Sequence record: SRR20825010_4262
Direction: 5' to 3' (one strand)
DNA length: 36,666 nt
The first letter of the stretch is position 1, and each line of letters starts with the position of its first letter. Positions 9,454 through 18,550 of the stretch are shown here, one piece after another. The notes beneath the pieces were generated by a model. The model did not search any database, was not told the origin of the DNA, and worked only from the letters and a program-made list of their open reading frames with translations. The translations under genes were made by a program, and so were the position numbers.

Positions 9454-10401
9454 ATCAAGCCGCTCTTTATTTTTCTATCACTCCTTTTTTCATTCCCAGT
9501 TTTCGGGCAAAGCGACTATCGTAGGGCTGAATTCTCATTTACAACAGAGAATGATGTTTACCTAATGAACAGGGATGATGAGTATTATTCAAATGGATTT
9601 CTTTTTCATTACCGTTACGTACCAAACAAGCCAGACTCTTCTTTGAACAATAAGGAGATTATTGACATTGAGCTTATGCATAAATTCTATACCCCAAATG
9701 ATTTATTGTTTGATGAAATTTCGGAATTGGATAGGCCTTATGCAGGCTTATTGTCGGTGGGAATTTCTAAGTCTAAATTCAAAGGGCCACAATCGAGGTT
9801 TAAATATGGGCTTGCGTTGGGTACAACAGGTAAGGCTTCTGGGGCGGAATTTTTGCAGAAATGGTATCATAATGCGGTGGGATTTAAGCAGCCCAAAGGA
9901 TGGCAGCATCAAATTAAAACGGCTTTGATTCTAAATGCTACTGCTGAATATAATAGGCAGTTTTGGCTAGTGCCAAAAAGTATGGCTTTTATTAGTTCAT
10001 CTTCATCTTCATTAGGAACAGGACGAACATACATTGCTCAAAATTTCGATTTCCGAATGGGGATATTAAATCTACTGAACAAGTCACCATTTGTAAATGC
10101 AGTGATTGGAGAAAATAACCAAGAGCTTGAGAAGTTAGGGTATGTGGTATTCGGGTACGGGGTGTCCTATGTTTTGCATGACATTACCATTTCGGGGAGT
10201 TTGTTTAATGATGATAGTCCGCATACCGGAAGACAGATGCCTTGGGTGAGTACTTTTAGGGCAGGCTGGGCGACTGGTAATGAAAAAACAACATTTAAAA
10301 TAATGTTCCACTGGTTGAGTAAAGATGTTCAAACAGCCGAGAACGATTCGTATATTTCATTTAGCTTTGACTTTAGATTAAAGAATAAAAATTCAGAGTG
10401 A
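9454..10401 (+). CDS. Lipid A 3'-O-deacylase LpxR family (DUF2219) outer-membrane protein; start extended upstream of the track's 9565
   Basis: The upstream in-frame sequence gives a signal peptide IKPLFIFLSLLFSFPVFG|Q and the conserved END motif. It continues into DxxYSNG, YTP, DRPYAG, LGTTG..SGAE..QKWYH and GWQHQI. Confidence 0.8.
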   Translation: MKPLFIFLSLLFSFPVFGQSDYRRAEFSFTTENDVYLMNRDDEYYSNGFLFHYRYVPNKPDSSLNNKEIIDIELMHKFYTPNDLLFDEISELDRPYAGLLSVGISKSKFKGPQSRFKYGLALGTTGKASGAEFLQKWYHNAVGFKQPKGWQHQIKTALILNATAEYNRQFWLVPKSMAFISSSSSSLGTGRTYIAQNFDFRMGILNLLNKSPFVNAVIGENNQELEKLGYVVFGYGVSYVLHDITISGSLFNDDSPHTGRQMPWVSTFRAGWATGNEKTTFKIMFHWLSKDVQTAENDSYISFSFDFRLKNKNSE

Positions 10402-10507
10402 GTTAGGCGTATTTTTTTTGGAGAAGCTTATATTTTTCTCTTCAAATAAAGCTTCCCTCACTTTGCCATTGAGGCATTACCTGTTAATATTGTGGCATTC
10501 TATTGAT

Positions 10508-11482
10508 ATGGCATTAAAGCTTTCCGAAATACAAGCCCCCATTGCTAATGAAATGACTGAATTTGAACAGAAATTCAGGTCATTCATGAAGAGTAACGTA
10601 TTTCTGCTCGACCAAATCATGAGTTATATTGTAAAACGAAAAGGCAAGCAAATGCGGCCTATGTTCGTGTTTTTGGCGGCAGGGGTAACAGGTGAAATTT
10701 CAGATAGAACTTACAGGGGAGCATCACTTATCGAGTTACTACATACGGCCACATTGGTGCATGATGATGTGGTAGACGACTCCAATTACAGAAGAAGTTT
10801 TTTTTCGATAAATGCCCTTTGGAAGAATAAAATTGCTGTTTTAGTAGGCGATTACTTACTTTCAAGAGGCTTACTCTTATCTGTGGATAATGAGGATTTT
10901 GATTTTTTAAAGATCGTTTCTCGAGCTGTGCGCGAAATGAGCGAAGGGGAATTGCTTCAAATGGCGAAAGCCCGAAACTTAGATATCACAGAAGATATTT
11001 ACTATGATGTGATTCGCCAAAAGACGGCTTCTCTGATTGCTTCGTGCTGTGCCGTAGGTGCTACTGCCTCAAATGCTTCCCAAGAAGATATTGATAAAAT
11101 GAGAGATTTTGGGCTGAAGGTCGGAATGGCTTTTCAGATCAAAGACGACCTTTTCGATTATGGGACTGAAGAAGTAGGTAAGCCACTTGGGATTGATATC
11201 AAAGAACAAAAAATGACTTTGCCTCTGATCTACTCTTTGCAGAACGCCAGTAGTAGCACCAAACGAAGAATTATCCGAACCGTGAAGAGTAAAGGAGATC
11301 ATTCGAAAAAAGTGAATGAAGTGGTTGCCTTTGTTAGAGAATCAGGTGGAATAGAATACGCACAGACAGTAATGAACCAGTATTACCAAGAAGCAAAAGA
11401 AATTCTAGAAACATTTGAGCCAAGCATTTATCGAGACTCTCTTTCTCAGTTAGTTACTTACACAATAGAAAGGTCTAAATAG
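10508..11482 (+). CDS. Polyprenyl diphosphate synthase (octaprenyl/heptaprenyl type)
   Basis: GKQMRP, ELLHTATLVHDDVVD (FARM), KTASL, FQIKDD (SARM), GKPLGIDIKEQKMTLP; ATG 10508 preferred over TTG 10418. Confidence 0.93.
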   Translation: MALKLSEIQAPIANEMTEFEQKFRSFMKSNVFLLDQIMSYIVKRKGKQMRPMFVFLAAGVTGEISDRTYRGASLIELLHTATLVHDDVVDDSNYRRSFFSINALWKNKIAVLVGDYLLSRGLLLSVDNEDFDFLKIVSRAVREMSEGELLQMAKARNLDITEDIYYDVIRQKTASLIASCCAVGATASNASQEDIDKMRDFGLKVGMAFQIKDDLFDYGTEEVGKPLGIDIKEQKMTLPLIYSLQNASSSTKRRIIRTVKSKGDHSKKVNEVVAFVRESGGIEYAQTVMNQYYQEAKEILETFEPSIYRDSLSQLVTYTIERSK

Positions 11483-11516
11483 AAAACAACGCCACACTTT
11501 GAGGTATGGCGCTGTT
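11480..11516 (-). terminator. Rho-independent terminator, better formed on the minus strand
   Basis: Minus-strand RNA AACAGCGCCAUAC-CUCAAA-GUGUGGCGUUGUU-UUCU is a 13-bp stem with two G-U pairs. On the plus strand those two positions are A-C mismatches and there is no U-tract. Confidence 0.7.
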
Positions 11517-11580
11517 CCGTTAGTTAGTAGTAAATTTGTTTGATTGCTATAGCCTGATGTTTGAATCAGAATACGGCAGA
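11482..11580 (-). ncRNA. Candidate intergenic small RNA (~100 nt)
   Basis: TACTTTAG -7-like box at 11583-11590 (minus), 5' hairpin CUGAU-ucaaac-AUCAG, AC-rich single-stranded linker, own terminator; no minus-strand CDS nearby. Confidence 0.5.
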
Positions 11581-11663
11581 TGCTAAAGTAACAACCTGTT
11601 TTTAAAAAGCCCTTACCTAAAATCTTATTTTTTTTTAAAAATCACCAATAGCGTTTAGTACAC

Positions 11664-12767
11664 ATGAAAAAACTAAAGATAATTGAGTTGGCTTCCGTTT
11701 TGGCTGGGCCAAGTGTTGGGCAGTTTTTTGCAGAATTAGGGGCAGAAGTAATAAAGGTGGAAAGCCCAAAAACTGGTGGTGACGTTACACGATCATGGTG
11801 CTTTAAGGGAGAAAAGGTGAATGGTACCGTTTCGGCTTACTTTACTTCTGTAAACTGGGGTAAGAAGTCTCTAGCCATCGATCTCAGGGATATGGAAGAA
11901 AGGGCAATTGTCTATAAGCTTATCGAGGGTGCCGACATGGTAATAGCCAGCTATAAACCTGGAGATGCTGAAAAATTAGGTGTTGATTACGAAACCTTAA
12001 AAGCACTCAACCCAAAACTCATTTATGGTCAAATTACTGGTTATGGGTTTAATAACCCCAAAGTAGGTTATGATGCGGTGATCCAGGCAGAGTCTGGGTT
12101 TATGAGCATCAATGGAGAGTTAGGGGCTGACCCCTTAAAGATGCCTGTGGCCTTAATTGATGTTTTGGCGGGGCATCAATTGAAAGAGGCCTTGTTAGTT
12201 GCTCTGATTGAGCGCATGGAAAGCGGTAAAGGAAAATTTGTGCAAGTGGCCTTGATAGATGCTGCAATCAGTGCTTTAGTAAACCAAGGAGCGAATTGGC
12301 TAGTGGGACAGAATGAGCCTCGGTCAATGGGGAATCTTCATCCAAACATAGCGCCCTATGGTGAGCTTTTCATCACTAAGGATCAGCGTCAATTGCTCTT
12401 AGCTGTTGGGAACGATAAGCAGTTCTCAAAACTCTGTAGCATCTTAAAAATTAAGGAGACTCATAATTTTTCAACCAATCAAGAAAGGGTAGAAAATAGA
12501 GCGGACTTGAATCGAATGCTCTCGACTAAAATTCGACTTTGGTCCTCTGTCGAATTAATGGCGGTATTGGTGAATCAACAGGTGCCGGCTGGCTTAGTGG
12601 CTACCATAAAAGAGACGCTTGAACAAGGAGAGTCTCATTGGTTTCTTAAAGCAGACGGTATCACTGGCTTAAGATCTTTTGCAGCTTCTGGTTTCGACAG
12701 CCTTTCGCTAAGCCCACCTCCTCAATTGGGGCAGCATAATGATGAAATTCTCAGTGATTTAAACTGA
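11664..12767 (+). CDS. CoA-transferase family III (CaiB/BaiF)
   Basis: LASVLAGP, LGAEVIKVE, GDVTR, NWGKKS, GYDAVIQAESGFMS, APYG, PPPQLGQHN. Confidence 0.93.
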   Translation: MKKLKIIELASVLAGPSVGQFFAELGAEVIKVESPKTGGDVTRSWCFKGEKVNGTVSAYFTSVNWGKKSLAIDLRDMEERAIVYKLIEGADMVIASYKPGDAEKLGVDYETLKALNPKLIYGQITGYGFNNPKVGYDAVIQAESGFMSINGELGADPLKMPVALIDVLAGHQLKEALLVALIERMESGKGKFVQVALIDAAISALVNQGANWLVGQNEPRSMGNLHPNIAPYGELFITKDQRQLLLAVGNDKQFSKLCSILKIKETHNFSTNQERVENRADLNRMLSTKIRLWSSVELMAVLVNQQVPAGLVATIKETLEQGESHWFLKADGITGLRSFAASGFDSLSLSPPPQLGQHNDEILSDLN

Positions 12768-12820
12768 TTTTTTTCACTAACGTCATTATTCGCTTTAGTA
12801 ATTCTATTTTGGGTTAGTTT

Positions 12821-12840
12821 TTCTCCCACTTTACTCCACG
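12821..12840 (-). promoter_or_regulatory. Inverted pair of MraZ-box-like repeats
   Basis: Minus strand CGTGGAGTAA AGTGGGAGAA: two GTGG cores 10 nt apart. Confidence 0.5.
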
Positions 12841-12952
12841 TCAAAAGAAAACCTTATTTTTTGGCTTTATGGTCGTTTTCGCCTGTATTGATCTCACTTG
12901 CTTTTCACGGGGAGCATTTTTTAATCGATTTTTTTTCTGATGTATAACTTCC

Positions 12953-12984
12953 TTGTAGAGATATTTAATTCATCCATAAATTTG
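12953..12984 (+). promoter_or_regulatory. Candidate distal dcw promoter (TTG-N21-TAAATTTG)
   Basis: Exact TAnnTTTG at 12977-12984 with TTG at 12953-12955. Confidence 0.5.
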
Positions 12985-13082
12985 CGTATTCACAATCCAA
13001 ATCAAGCTTTTTAGTTGTTGGGCCTTACCGGTTTATTTTTTGTCACGCTTGTTTTTCTACATAGAAAAAGATACTTTTCATA

Positions 13083-13122
13083 AAAAGTGGGGAAAAGTGA
13101 GTAAAAGTGGTGAAGTGTGGGA
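13083..13122 (+). promoter_or_regulatory. MraZ-binding direct repeats (four, 10-nt period)
   Basis: AAAAGTGGGG AAAAGTGAGT AAAAGTGGTG AAGTGTGGGA directly upstream of mraZ, matching the known GTGG-N6 MraZ operator layout. Confidence 0.85.
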
Positions 13123-13130
13123 AAAAATCT

Positions 13131-13138
13131 TACTTTTG
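13131..13138 (+). promoter_or_regulatory. Proximal dcw promoter -7 element TACTTTTG
   Basis: Exact TAnnTTTG 18 nt upstream of the mraZ ATG; the MraZ boxes cover the -33 region. Confidence 0.75.
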
Positions 13139-13156
13139 TAAAGGTTCAGGTGTGTA

Positions 13157-13603
13157 ATGGCTTTTTTTACAAGTGAATATGATTGTAAGCTCGATGTAAA
13201 GGGCAGGTTGGCTTTACCTTCAAAGGTAAGGGCTGCATTGCCAGATAATGCATCAGAAGAGCTTGTGCTAAGACGAGGTTTCGAGCCTTGCTTGGTGTTA
13301 TATCCTATGCTTGAGTATAAAAAAATCTATGCGAAGATAAAGGGACTAAGCGAATTCAGCGAGGAGTATCGTAGGTTTCAGAGAACTTTTTTTAGGGGAA
13401 ATGTTGATGTTGAGTTGGATGGAGCAGGAAGAATTAACATCCCAAAAAAAATGATGGAATATGCGAATCTTGAGAAGGAAGTAGTGTTAGTGGGGTTGGG
13501 GAATAGAATTGAAATCTGGAATCCTGATCAATATGAGGAATACCTCATCCAAGACGCAGGCGAGTACTCCAAGATGGCGGAGAAATTTTTGGCAGAAGAA
13601 TAA
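13157..13603 (+). CDS. mraZ: Division/cell wall cluster transcriptional repressor MraZ
   Basis: LDVKGRLALP and LDGAGRINIP repeats, IEIWNP; first gene of the dcw cluster. Confidence 0.97.
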   Translation: MAFFTSEYDCKLDVKGRLALPSKVRAALPDNASEELVLRRGFEPCLVLYPMLEYKKIYAKIKGLSEFSEEYRRFQRTFFRGNVDVELDGAGRINIPKKMMEYANLEKEVVLVGLGNRIEIWNPDQYEEYLIQDAGEYSKMAEKFLAEE

Positions 13604-13609
13604 TTAACT

Positions 13610-14518
13610 ATGTCAGAGTATCATGTGCCAGTTATGCTTAAGGAATGCGTTGATGGCCTCTCTATCAAGCCTAATGGAATCTATGTAGATGTCACTTTTG
13701 GGGGTGGCGGACATTCAACCGAAATATTAAAGCATTTAAATAGTGAAGGCAGGCTCTTTGGTTTCGATCAAGATGTTGATGCTAAAGCTAATGCGGAAAA
13801 AATAGATAATCGTTCTTTCACATTTGTACAAGCCAATTTTAGGCATATCAAGCGGTACCTCAAGTTACATGGGGTAAAGCAGGTAGATGGGATTTTGGCC
13901 GACTTGGGAATTTCTTCTCATCAGATAGATGAGCCGATGCGCGGGTTTTCTACTCGCTCTGAAGCTGATTTGGATATGAGAATGGATTTAAACGCTTCGC
14001 TGAATGCGAGCGATGTGGTTAATGAATATTCAGAAGAGCAATTGCATAAGCTTTTGGGTATTTACGGAGAGGTGAAAAATGCCAAGACTTTGGCGGCTGC
14101 TATTGTTTCAGAGCGTTTCTCAAAGCCTTTCAAAACCACAAAAGACTTGATTCAATTATTAGATCGATTAGCGCCAAGACATAGAGAGTATAAGTACTAT
14201 GCTCAGGTTTTTCAGGCCATCCGCATTGAAGTAAATGATGAAATGGGTGCGCTGGAAGATTTCCTTGAGCAGTCGGCTGAGGTGATTAAGCCGGGCGGCA
14301 GATTGGTGGTAGAGTCTTATCATTCTCTCGAAGACCGAATGGTGAAGAACTTTATTAATAAAGGTAAAGTGTTCGGGGAGGTAGAGAAAGACTTTTTCGG
14401 AAATCAGTTGAAGCCATATAATGCGATCAACAGAAAGCCGATTGAAGCGAATGATGAAGAATTAGCAGTGAATAAAAGGGCAAGAAGTGCGAAGCTTCGT
14501 ATTGCCGAAAAAATATAA
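13610..14518 (+). CDS. rsmH: 16S rRNA C1402 N4-methyltransferase
   Basis: HVPVML, DVTFGGGGHS, DLGISS.Q.D, LDMRM, FQAIRIEVN, YHSLEDR, RARSAKLR. Confidence 0.98.
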   Translation: MSEYHVPVMLKECVDGLSIKPNGIYVDVTFGGGGHSTEILKHLNSEGRLFGFDQDVDAKANAEKIDNRSFTFVQANFRHIKRYLKLHGVKQVDGILADLGISSHQIDEPMRGFSTRSEADLDMRMDLNASLNASDVVNEYSEEQLHKLLGIYGEVKNAKTLAAAIVSERFSKPFKTTKDLIQLLDRLAPRHREYKYYAQVFQAIRIEVNDEMGALEDFLEQSAEVIKPGGRLVVESYHSLEDRMVKNFINKGKVFGEVEKDFFGNQLKPYNAINRKPIEANDEELAVNKRARSAKLRIAEKI

Positions 14519-14528
14519 GTAAACGAAA

Positions 14529-14912
14529 GTGGCAGCGAATAAATTTAAAGCAAGAAAGAATGAAAAGTCCAGCACTGGAGGCGGTGGTGGGTTGTTCGGT
14601 CTTTTGGCAAAGCTAAAGATTGCTGGAAACTTAGAGACAGGCCTTCCGGTGAAGCACCTGCCAAAAGTGGCTTTCGCATTAGCACTCGGTGTGTTCTATG
14701 TTTGGAACAGCCACTATGCTGAAAAGGCAAATAGAAATATTGATAAACTAGAAACCGAGGTTGAGGATTTAAGGGCCGATGTTACTACGCTGGAAGCAGA
14801 TTATATGTACAGCAGTAAGCAGTCGGAAGTCGCCAAGAACGTAAAAAAACTAGGATTAGAAGAAAGTAAAGAACCGCCATACAAAATTGTTGTAGACAAA
14901 AGTGAATATTAA
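14529..14912 (+). CDS. ftsL: FtsL-like cell division protein (GTG start)
   Basis: Single TM helix plus coiled coil, S..SEV...V..LGL motif, located between rsmH and the PBP gene. Confidence 0.85.
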   Translation: MAANKFKARKNEKSSTGGGGGLFGLLAKLKIAGNLETGLPVKHLPKVAFALALGVFYVWNSHYAEKANRNIDKLETEVEDLRADVTTLEADYMYSSKQSEVAKNVKKLGLEESKEPPYKIVVDKSEY

Positions 14913-17007
14913 GGAGTCGATATTACTAAGAGTAAGAATAGCTTTTTTAGCTGTGATTGCCTTTGTCTTGGTAGTAATCTACCGGATTGCAGACATTCAG
15001 TTTGTTCAAGGTGATGAATGGCGAAAAGAAGCACAAGAAATTGGGTTGGACTATAAAACAATAAAGGCCACCCGCGGAAGTATTTATGCCGATGGTAATG
15101 ACTTGATGGCGACCTCACTTCCCTTTTACAAAATTGCATTCGATCCATCGCTTGCAAACGATAATACCTTTAAAACAGGTATTGACTCCCTTTCACTACT
15201 ATTGTCGAAATTTTTTCGAGATCGCTCTCCTGGTGAATATCGGAAGAAGATCTCGGAAGCTCGACAGTCCCGCAAGAGGTACTTAGTCCTTAATAACAAC
15301 CTCATCAATTATCAGAATAAAGAGATGATGGAGAAATGGCCAATCTTTAGAGAAGGTCAAATGATTGGTGGGGTAATATTTGATAAGTTCGATGAGCGTC
15401 ATCGTCCTTTTAAAACTTTAGCCCAACGTACAATTGGCGGTGTAAATAAGGATGGAGAAGCTACTGTTGGAATAGAAAAGAGTTACGATCAATTTTTGGC
15501 TGGTCAAGACGGAACTGGTTTATATCAAAGAATAGCAGGCGGCAACTGGATGCCAGTCAATGTGGCATCAGATGTAAAGCCTAGAAATGGCTATGATGTT
15601 TACACTACAATAGACATTAACCTACAAGATGTTGCTCAAAATTCATTGTTGAGACAATTGGAGAAATACCGAGCAGCTTATGGTACTGTAGTTCTAATGG
15701 AGGTGAAAACAGGTGAAATCAAAGCCATGTCTAACCTTACAAGAACAGAAAGTGGTTCCTATGTTGAAGACTATAATTATGCAGTCCAAGGCTTAAATGA
15801 CCCTGGTTCTACCTTCAAACTTGCATCGATGCTGGCCCTTTTTGAAGGAAATAGTATTGAACTCACTGATACGGTTGATACGAACGATGGGAAAGTGCAA
15901 TTTTCTGACCGTACCATGGAGGATCAGAGTGCTTCGAAAGGTGGATATGGTAAACTTACTGTGCAAGAGGTGTTCGAAAAGTCTTCTAATGTGGGAGTTT
16001 CCAAATTGGTGGATCAATACTTTGGTAAAAACCCTCAAAAATACATTGACCTAATAAAGTCTACTGGATTGGGGCAGCCCTTAGATTTCCAGATGATGGG
16101 AGAAGGTGTTCCTTACATTAAGAATGTAGACGACAAATCTTGGAGTAAGGTAAGTTTACCTTGGATGTCGGTAGGTTATGAAACTGCAATTACCCCACTT
16201 CAGACTTTGGCTTTCTACAATGCTGTAGCCAACGATGGCAAAATGATCCAGCCCATTATTGTGAAGAGTATCAGAAAGGGAAATCAAATATTAGAAGAGT
16301 TTAAGGCCAAAACGCTCGATAAGAAAATAGCATCGAAGGCTACTCTGGAAAAATTGAAAATCATGCTGGAAGGCGTGGTGGAAAGGGGTACGGCAAAAAA
16401 CATTAAAAATGACTTTTATAAGATTGCTGGGAAAACAGGGACAGCTCAAAAATTGATTGACGGACGATATTACAAACAACGCTATTATGCGTCTTTTGCT
16501 GGTTATTTTCCCGCTGATGAGCCTTTGTATTCGTGCATTGTAGTAATTGATGACCCAAAAGGGTGGAACAGCTTTGGAGGAGATGTTTCCGCTCCTGTTT
16601 TCAAAGAAATTGCCGATATGATTTTCGCCCTTGACCTTGGTTTGCACGATAAATTTGAAGGAGAGCGCTTGGCCAAAGAAGGAACCTTCCCAGTAATCAG
16701 GGCAGGTAATTATGATGAATTGAATAAGCTGTTGAATCAGTTTGGGATTTCAAATCACATGGAGGAAAAAAATGTAGAGTGGGTGCGAGCAAGTGTTAGT
16801 AATAATGCGATTGCTTGGAAACCAAACCATCCACAGTCAAACCTTGTGCCGAACGTGGAAGGAATGACGCTTAGAGATGCGCTTTATATACTGGAAAATA
16901 TAGGATTAAAAGTATCTGTCTCTGGTACGGGGCGAGTGCTAAGGCAATCGGTCTCTTCAGGGAAAAGAATAGTAAAAGGCACAACCATCACAATTGAACT
17001 AGGGTAA
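14902..17007 (+). CDS. ftsI: Class B penicillin-binding protein with C-terminal PASTA domain (GTG start)
   Basis: RGSIY, PGSTFK (SxxK), SSNVG (SxN), GKTGTAQ (KTG), VPNVEGM PASTA. Confidence 0.93.
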   Translation: MNIKESILLRVRIAFLAVIAFVLVVIYRIADIQFVQGDEWRKEAQEIGLDYKTIKATRGSIYADGNDLMATSLPFYKIAFDPSLANDNTFKTGIDSLSLLLSKFFRDRSPGEYRKKISEARQSRKRYLVLNNNLINYQNKEMMEKWPIFREGQMIGGVIFDKFDERHRPFKTLAQRTIGGVNKDGEATVGIEKSYDQFLAGQDGTGLYQRIAGGNWMPVNVASDVKPRNGYDVYTTIDINLQDVAQNSLLRQLEKYRAAYGTVVLMEVKTGEIKAMSNLTRTESGSYVEDYNYAVQGLNDPGSTFKLASMLALFEGNSIELTDTVDTNDGKVQFSDRTMEDQSASKGGYGKLTVQEVFEKSSNVGVSKLVDQYFGKNPQKYIDLIKSTGLGQPLDFQMMGEGVPYIKNVDDKSWSKVSLPWMSVGYETAITPLQTLAFYNAVANDGKMIQPIIVKSIRKGNQILEEFKAKTLDKKIASKATLEKLKIMLEGVVERGTAKNIKNDFYKIAGKTGTAQKLIDGRYYKQRYYASFAGYFPADEPLYSCIVVIDDPKGWNSFGGDVSAPVFKEIADMIFALDLGLHDKFEGERLAKEGTFPVIRAGNYDELNKLLNQFGISNHMEEKNVEWVRASVSNNAIAWKPNHPQSNLVPNVEGMTLRDALYILENIGLKVSVSGTGRVLRQSVSSGKRIVKGTTITIELG

Positions 17008-17010
17008 TTC

Positions 17011-18474
17011 ATGTCTGCATTAAAAGACATATTGTACAAAGTGGCTTTGCAATCAGTATCTGGCGATACTGCTGTGGAGGTGTCTGCATTGGCTTTTGAC
17101 TCTAGAAAAGTGGGAGCGAGGACGGCCTTTATTGCTACGCGTGGTACCCAAGCCGATGGTCATGATTTTATTGAGCAGGCCATTGAAAAAGGTGCCGTAG
17201 CCATTATTTGCGAACAACTTCCAGAAACCCTAAATACTTCCATTACCTATATTCAAGTGAAAGACAGTAGTGAGGCTTTGGGTATCATGGCCTCTAACTT
17301 CTTCGGGAATCCTAGTGCGAAATTAAAATTGGTGGGTGTTACAGGTACCAATGGAAAAACAACTTGTGTTAGCTTGTTATTCCAACTGTTCAAGCAGCTG
17401 GGTTATAATGTAGGCTTACTTTCTACCGTAATCAATAAAGTCAATGATGAGGTAATTGTAGCTACACACACCACGCCCGATGCCATCCAAATGAATGAGT
17501 TGATGGCGAAAATGGTAGCTAAGGGTTGTTCTCATTGTTTTATGGAAGTTAGTTCTCATGCCTTGGTGCAACACCGTGTTTCGGGACTTACCTTTCAAGG
17601 AGCGATTTTTACTAACCTGTCCCACGATCATTTAGATTATCACAAGACTTTCGATGAGTACATCAAAGCAAAAAAAATGTTGTTTGATGGACTTCCATCC
17701 TCGTCTTTTGCTTTGACTAATATAGACGATAAAAGAGGAGCCGTAATGCTCCAAAATACGAAAGCGTCTAAATATCGCTATGCACTAAAAACCATTGCTG
17801 ATTTCAAAGCGAAAATTCTTTCCAACACCCTTCAAGGTCTAGAATTGGACATTGAGAGCCATAATGTTTGGTTCAAGCTCATTGGTGATTTCAATGCCTA
17901 TAACCTGATGGCGGTTTATGGTGCAGCAGTTTTATTAGAAGAAGAGCCAGCCGAAGTGCTTCAAGCGCTATCGGATTTGAACCCAGCGCCAGGTCGTTTC
18001 GAGCAAGTGCTGACCGATACGGGAATTACTGCTATTGTAGATTATGCTCATACGCCAGATGCATTGGAGAATGTGCTTTCTACCATCAAAGTTTTCCGTA
18101 GTGGAAATGAGAAAGTGATTACGGTGGTAGGCTGTGGTGGGAATAGAGACACCACAAAAAGACCAGAAATGGCGAAGATTGCTTGTGAGCTAAGTGATAA
18201 GGTGGTGTTGACTTCAGATAACCCGCGATTTGAAGAGCCAATGGCAATTATTGAAGATATGCAAAAAGGCGTGAGCTCGAGTAATTATAGAAAAACACTG
18301 GTCATGGCAGATAGAAGAGAAGCGATTAAAACAGCTTGTTCTATGGCCGAACCCAATGATATTATCCTAGTGGCGGGAAAGGGTCACGAAACCTATCAAG
18401 ATGTAAAAGGAGTGAAATCCGATTTCGATGATAGAAAAGTATTGAAAGAAATGTTAAACCTAATTCATAAATGA
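17011..18474 (+). CDS. murE: UDP-MurNAc-L-Ala-D-Glu:meso-DAP ligase
   Basis: GVTGTNGKTT, MEVSSH, DHLDYH, DYAHTPD, SDNPR (DAP specificity), AGKGHE. Confidence 0.98.
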   Translation: MSALKDILYKVALQSVSGDTAVEVSALAFDSRKVGARTAFIATRGTQADGHDFIEQAIEKGAVAIICEQLPETLNTSITYIQVKDSSEALGIMASNFFGNPSAKLKLVGVTGTNGKTTCVSLLFQLFKQLGYNVGLLSTVINKVNDEVIVATHTTPDAIQMNELMAKMVAKGCSHCFMEVSSHALVQHRVSGLTFQGAIFTNLSHDHLDYHKTFDEYIKAKKMLFDGLPSSSFALTNIDDKRGAVMLQNTKASKYRYALKTIADFKAKILSNTLQGLELDIESHNVWFKLIGDFNAYNLMAVYGAAVLLEEEPAEVLQALSDLNPAPGRFEQVLTDTGITAIVDYAHTPDALENVLSTIKVFRSGNEKVITVVGCGGNRDTTKRPEMAKIACELSDKVVLTSDNPRFEEPMAIIEDMQKGVSSSNYRKTLVMADRREAIKTACSMAEPNDIILVAGKGHETYQDVKGVKSDFDDRKVLKEMLNLIHK

Positions 18475-18544
18475 AATGTGATATATGATATTAGAATTTA
18501 GAAACTCAGTTTTCTAAATTCTAATATCTAAAATCTAACCTCTA
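18471..18544. repeat. Inverted heptamer-repeat hairpin (5+5 units) between murE and mraY
   Basis: ATGAAAT GTGATAT ATGATAT TAGAATT TAGAAAC tcag TTTTCTA AATTCTA ATATCTA AAATCTA ACCTCTA; perfect 18-bp IR 18487-18504/18511-18528. Confidence 0.9.
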
Positions 18545-18550
18545 AAAAAG

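Noticed and set aside
10418-10507. TTG-started N-terminal extension of the prenyl synthase
   Set aside because: Not family-like; ATG 10508 gives the normal length
12986-12994. DnaA-box-like GTATTCACA in the dcw upstream region
   Set aside because: A single mismatched copy is expected by chance
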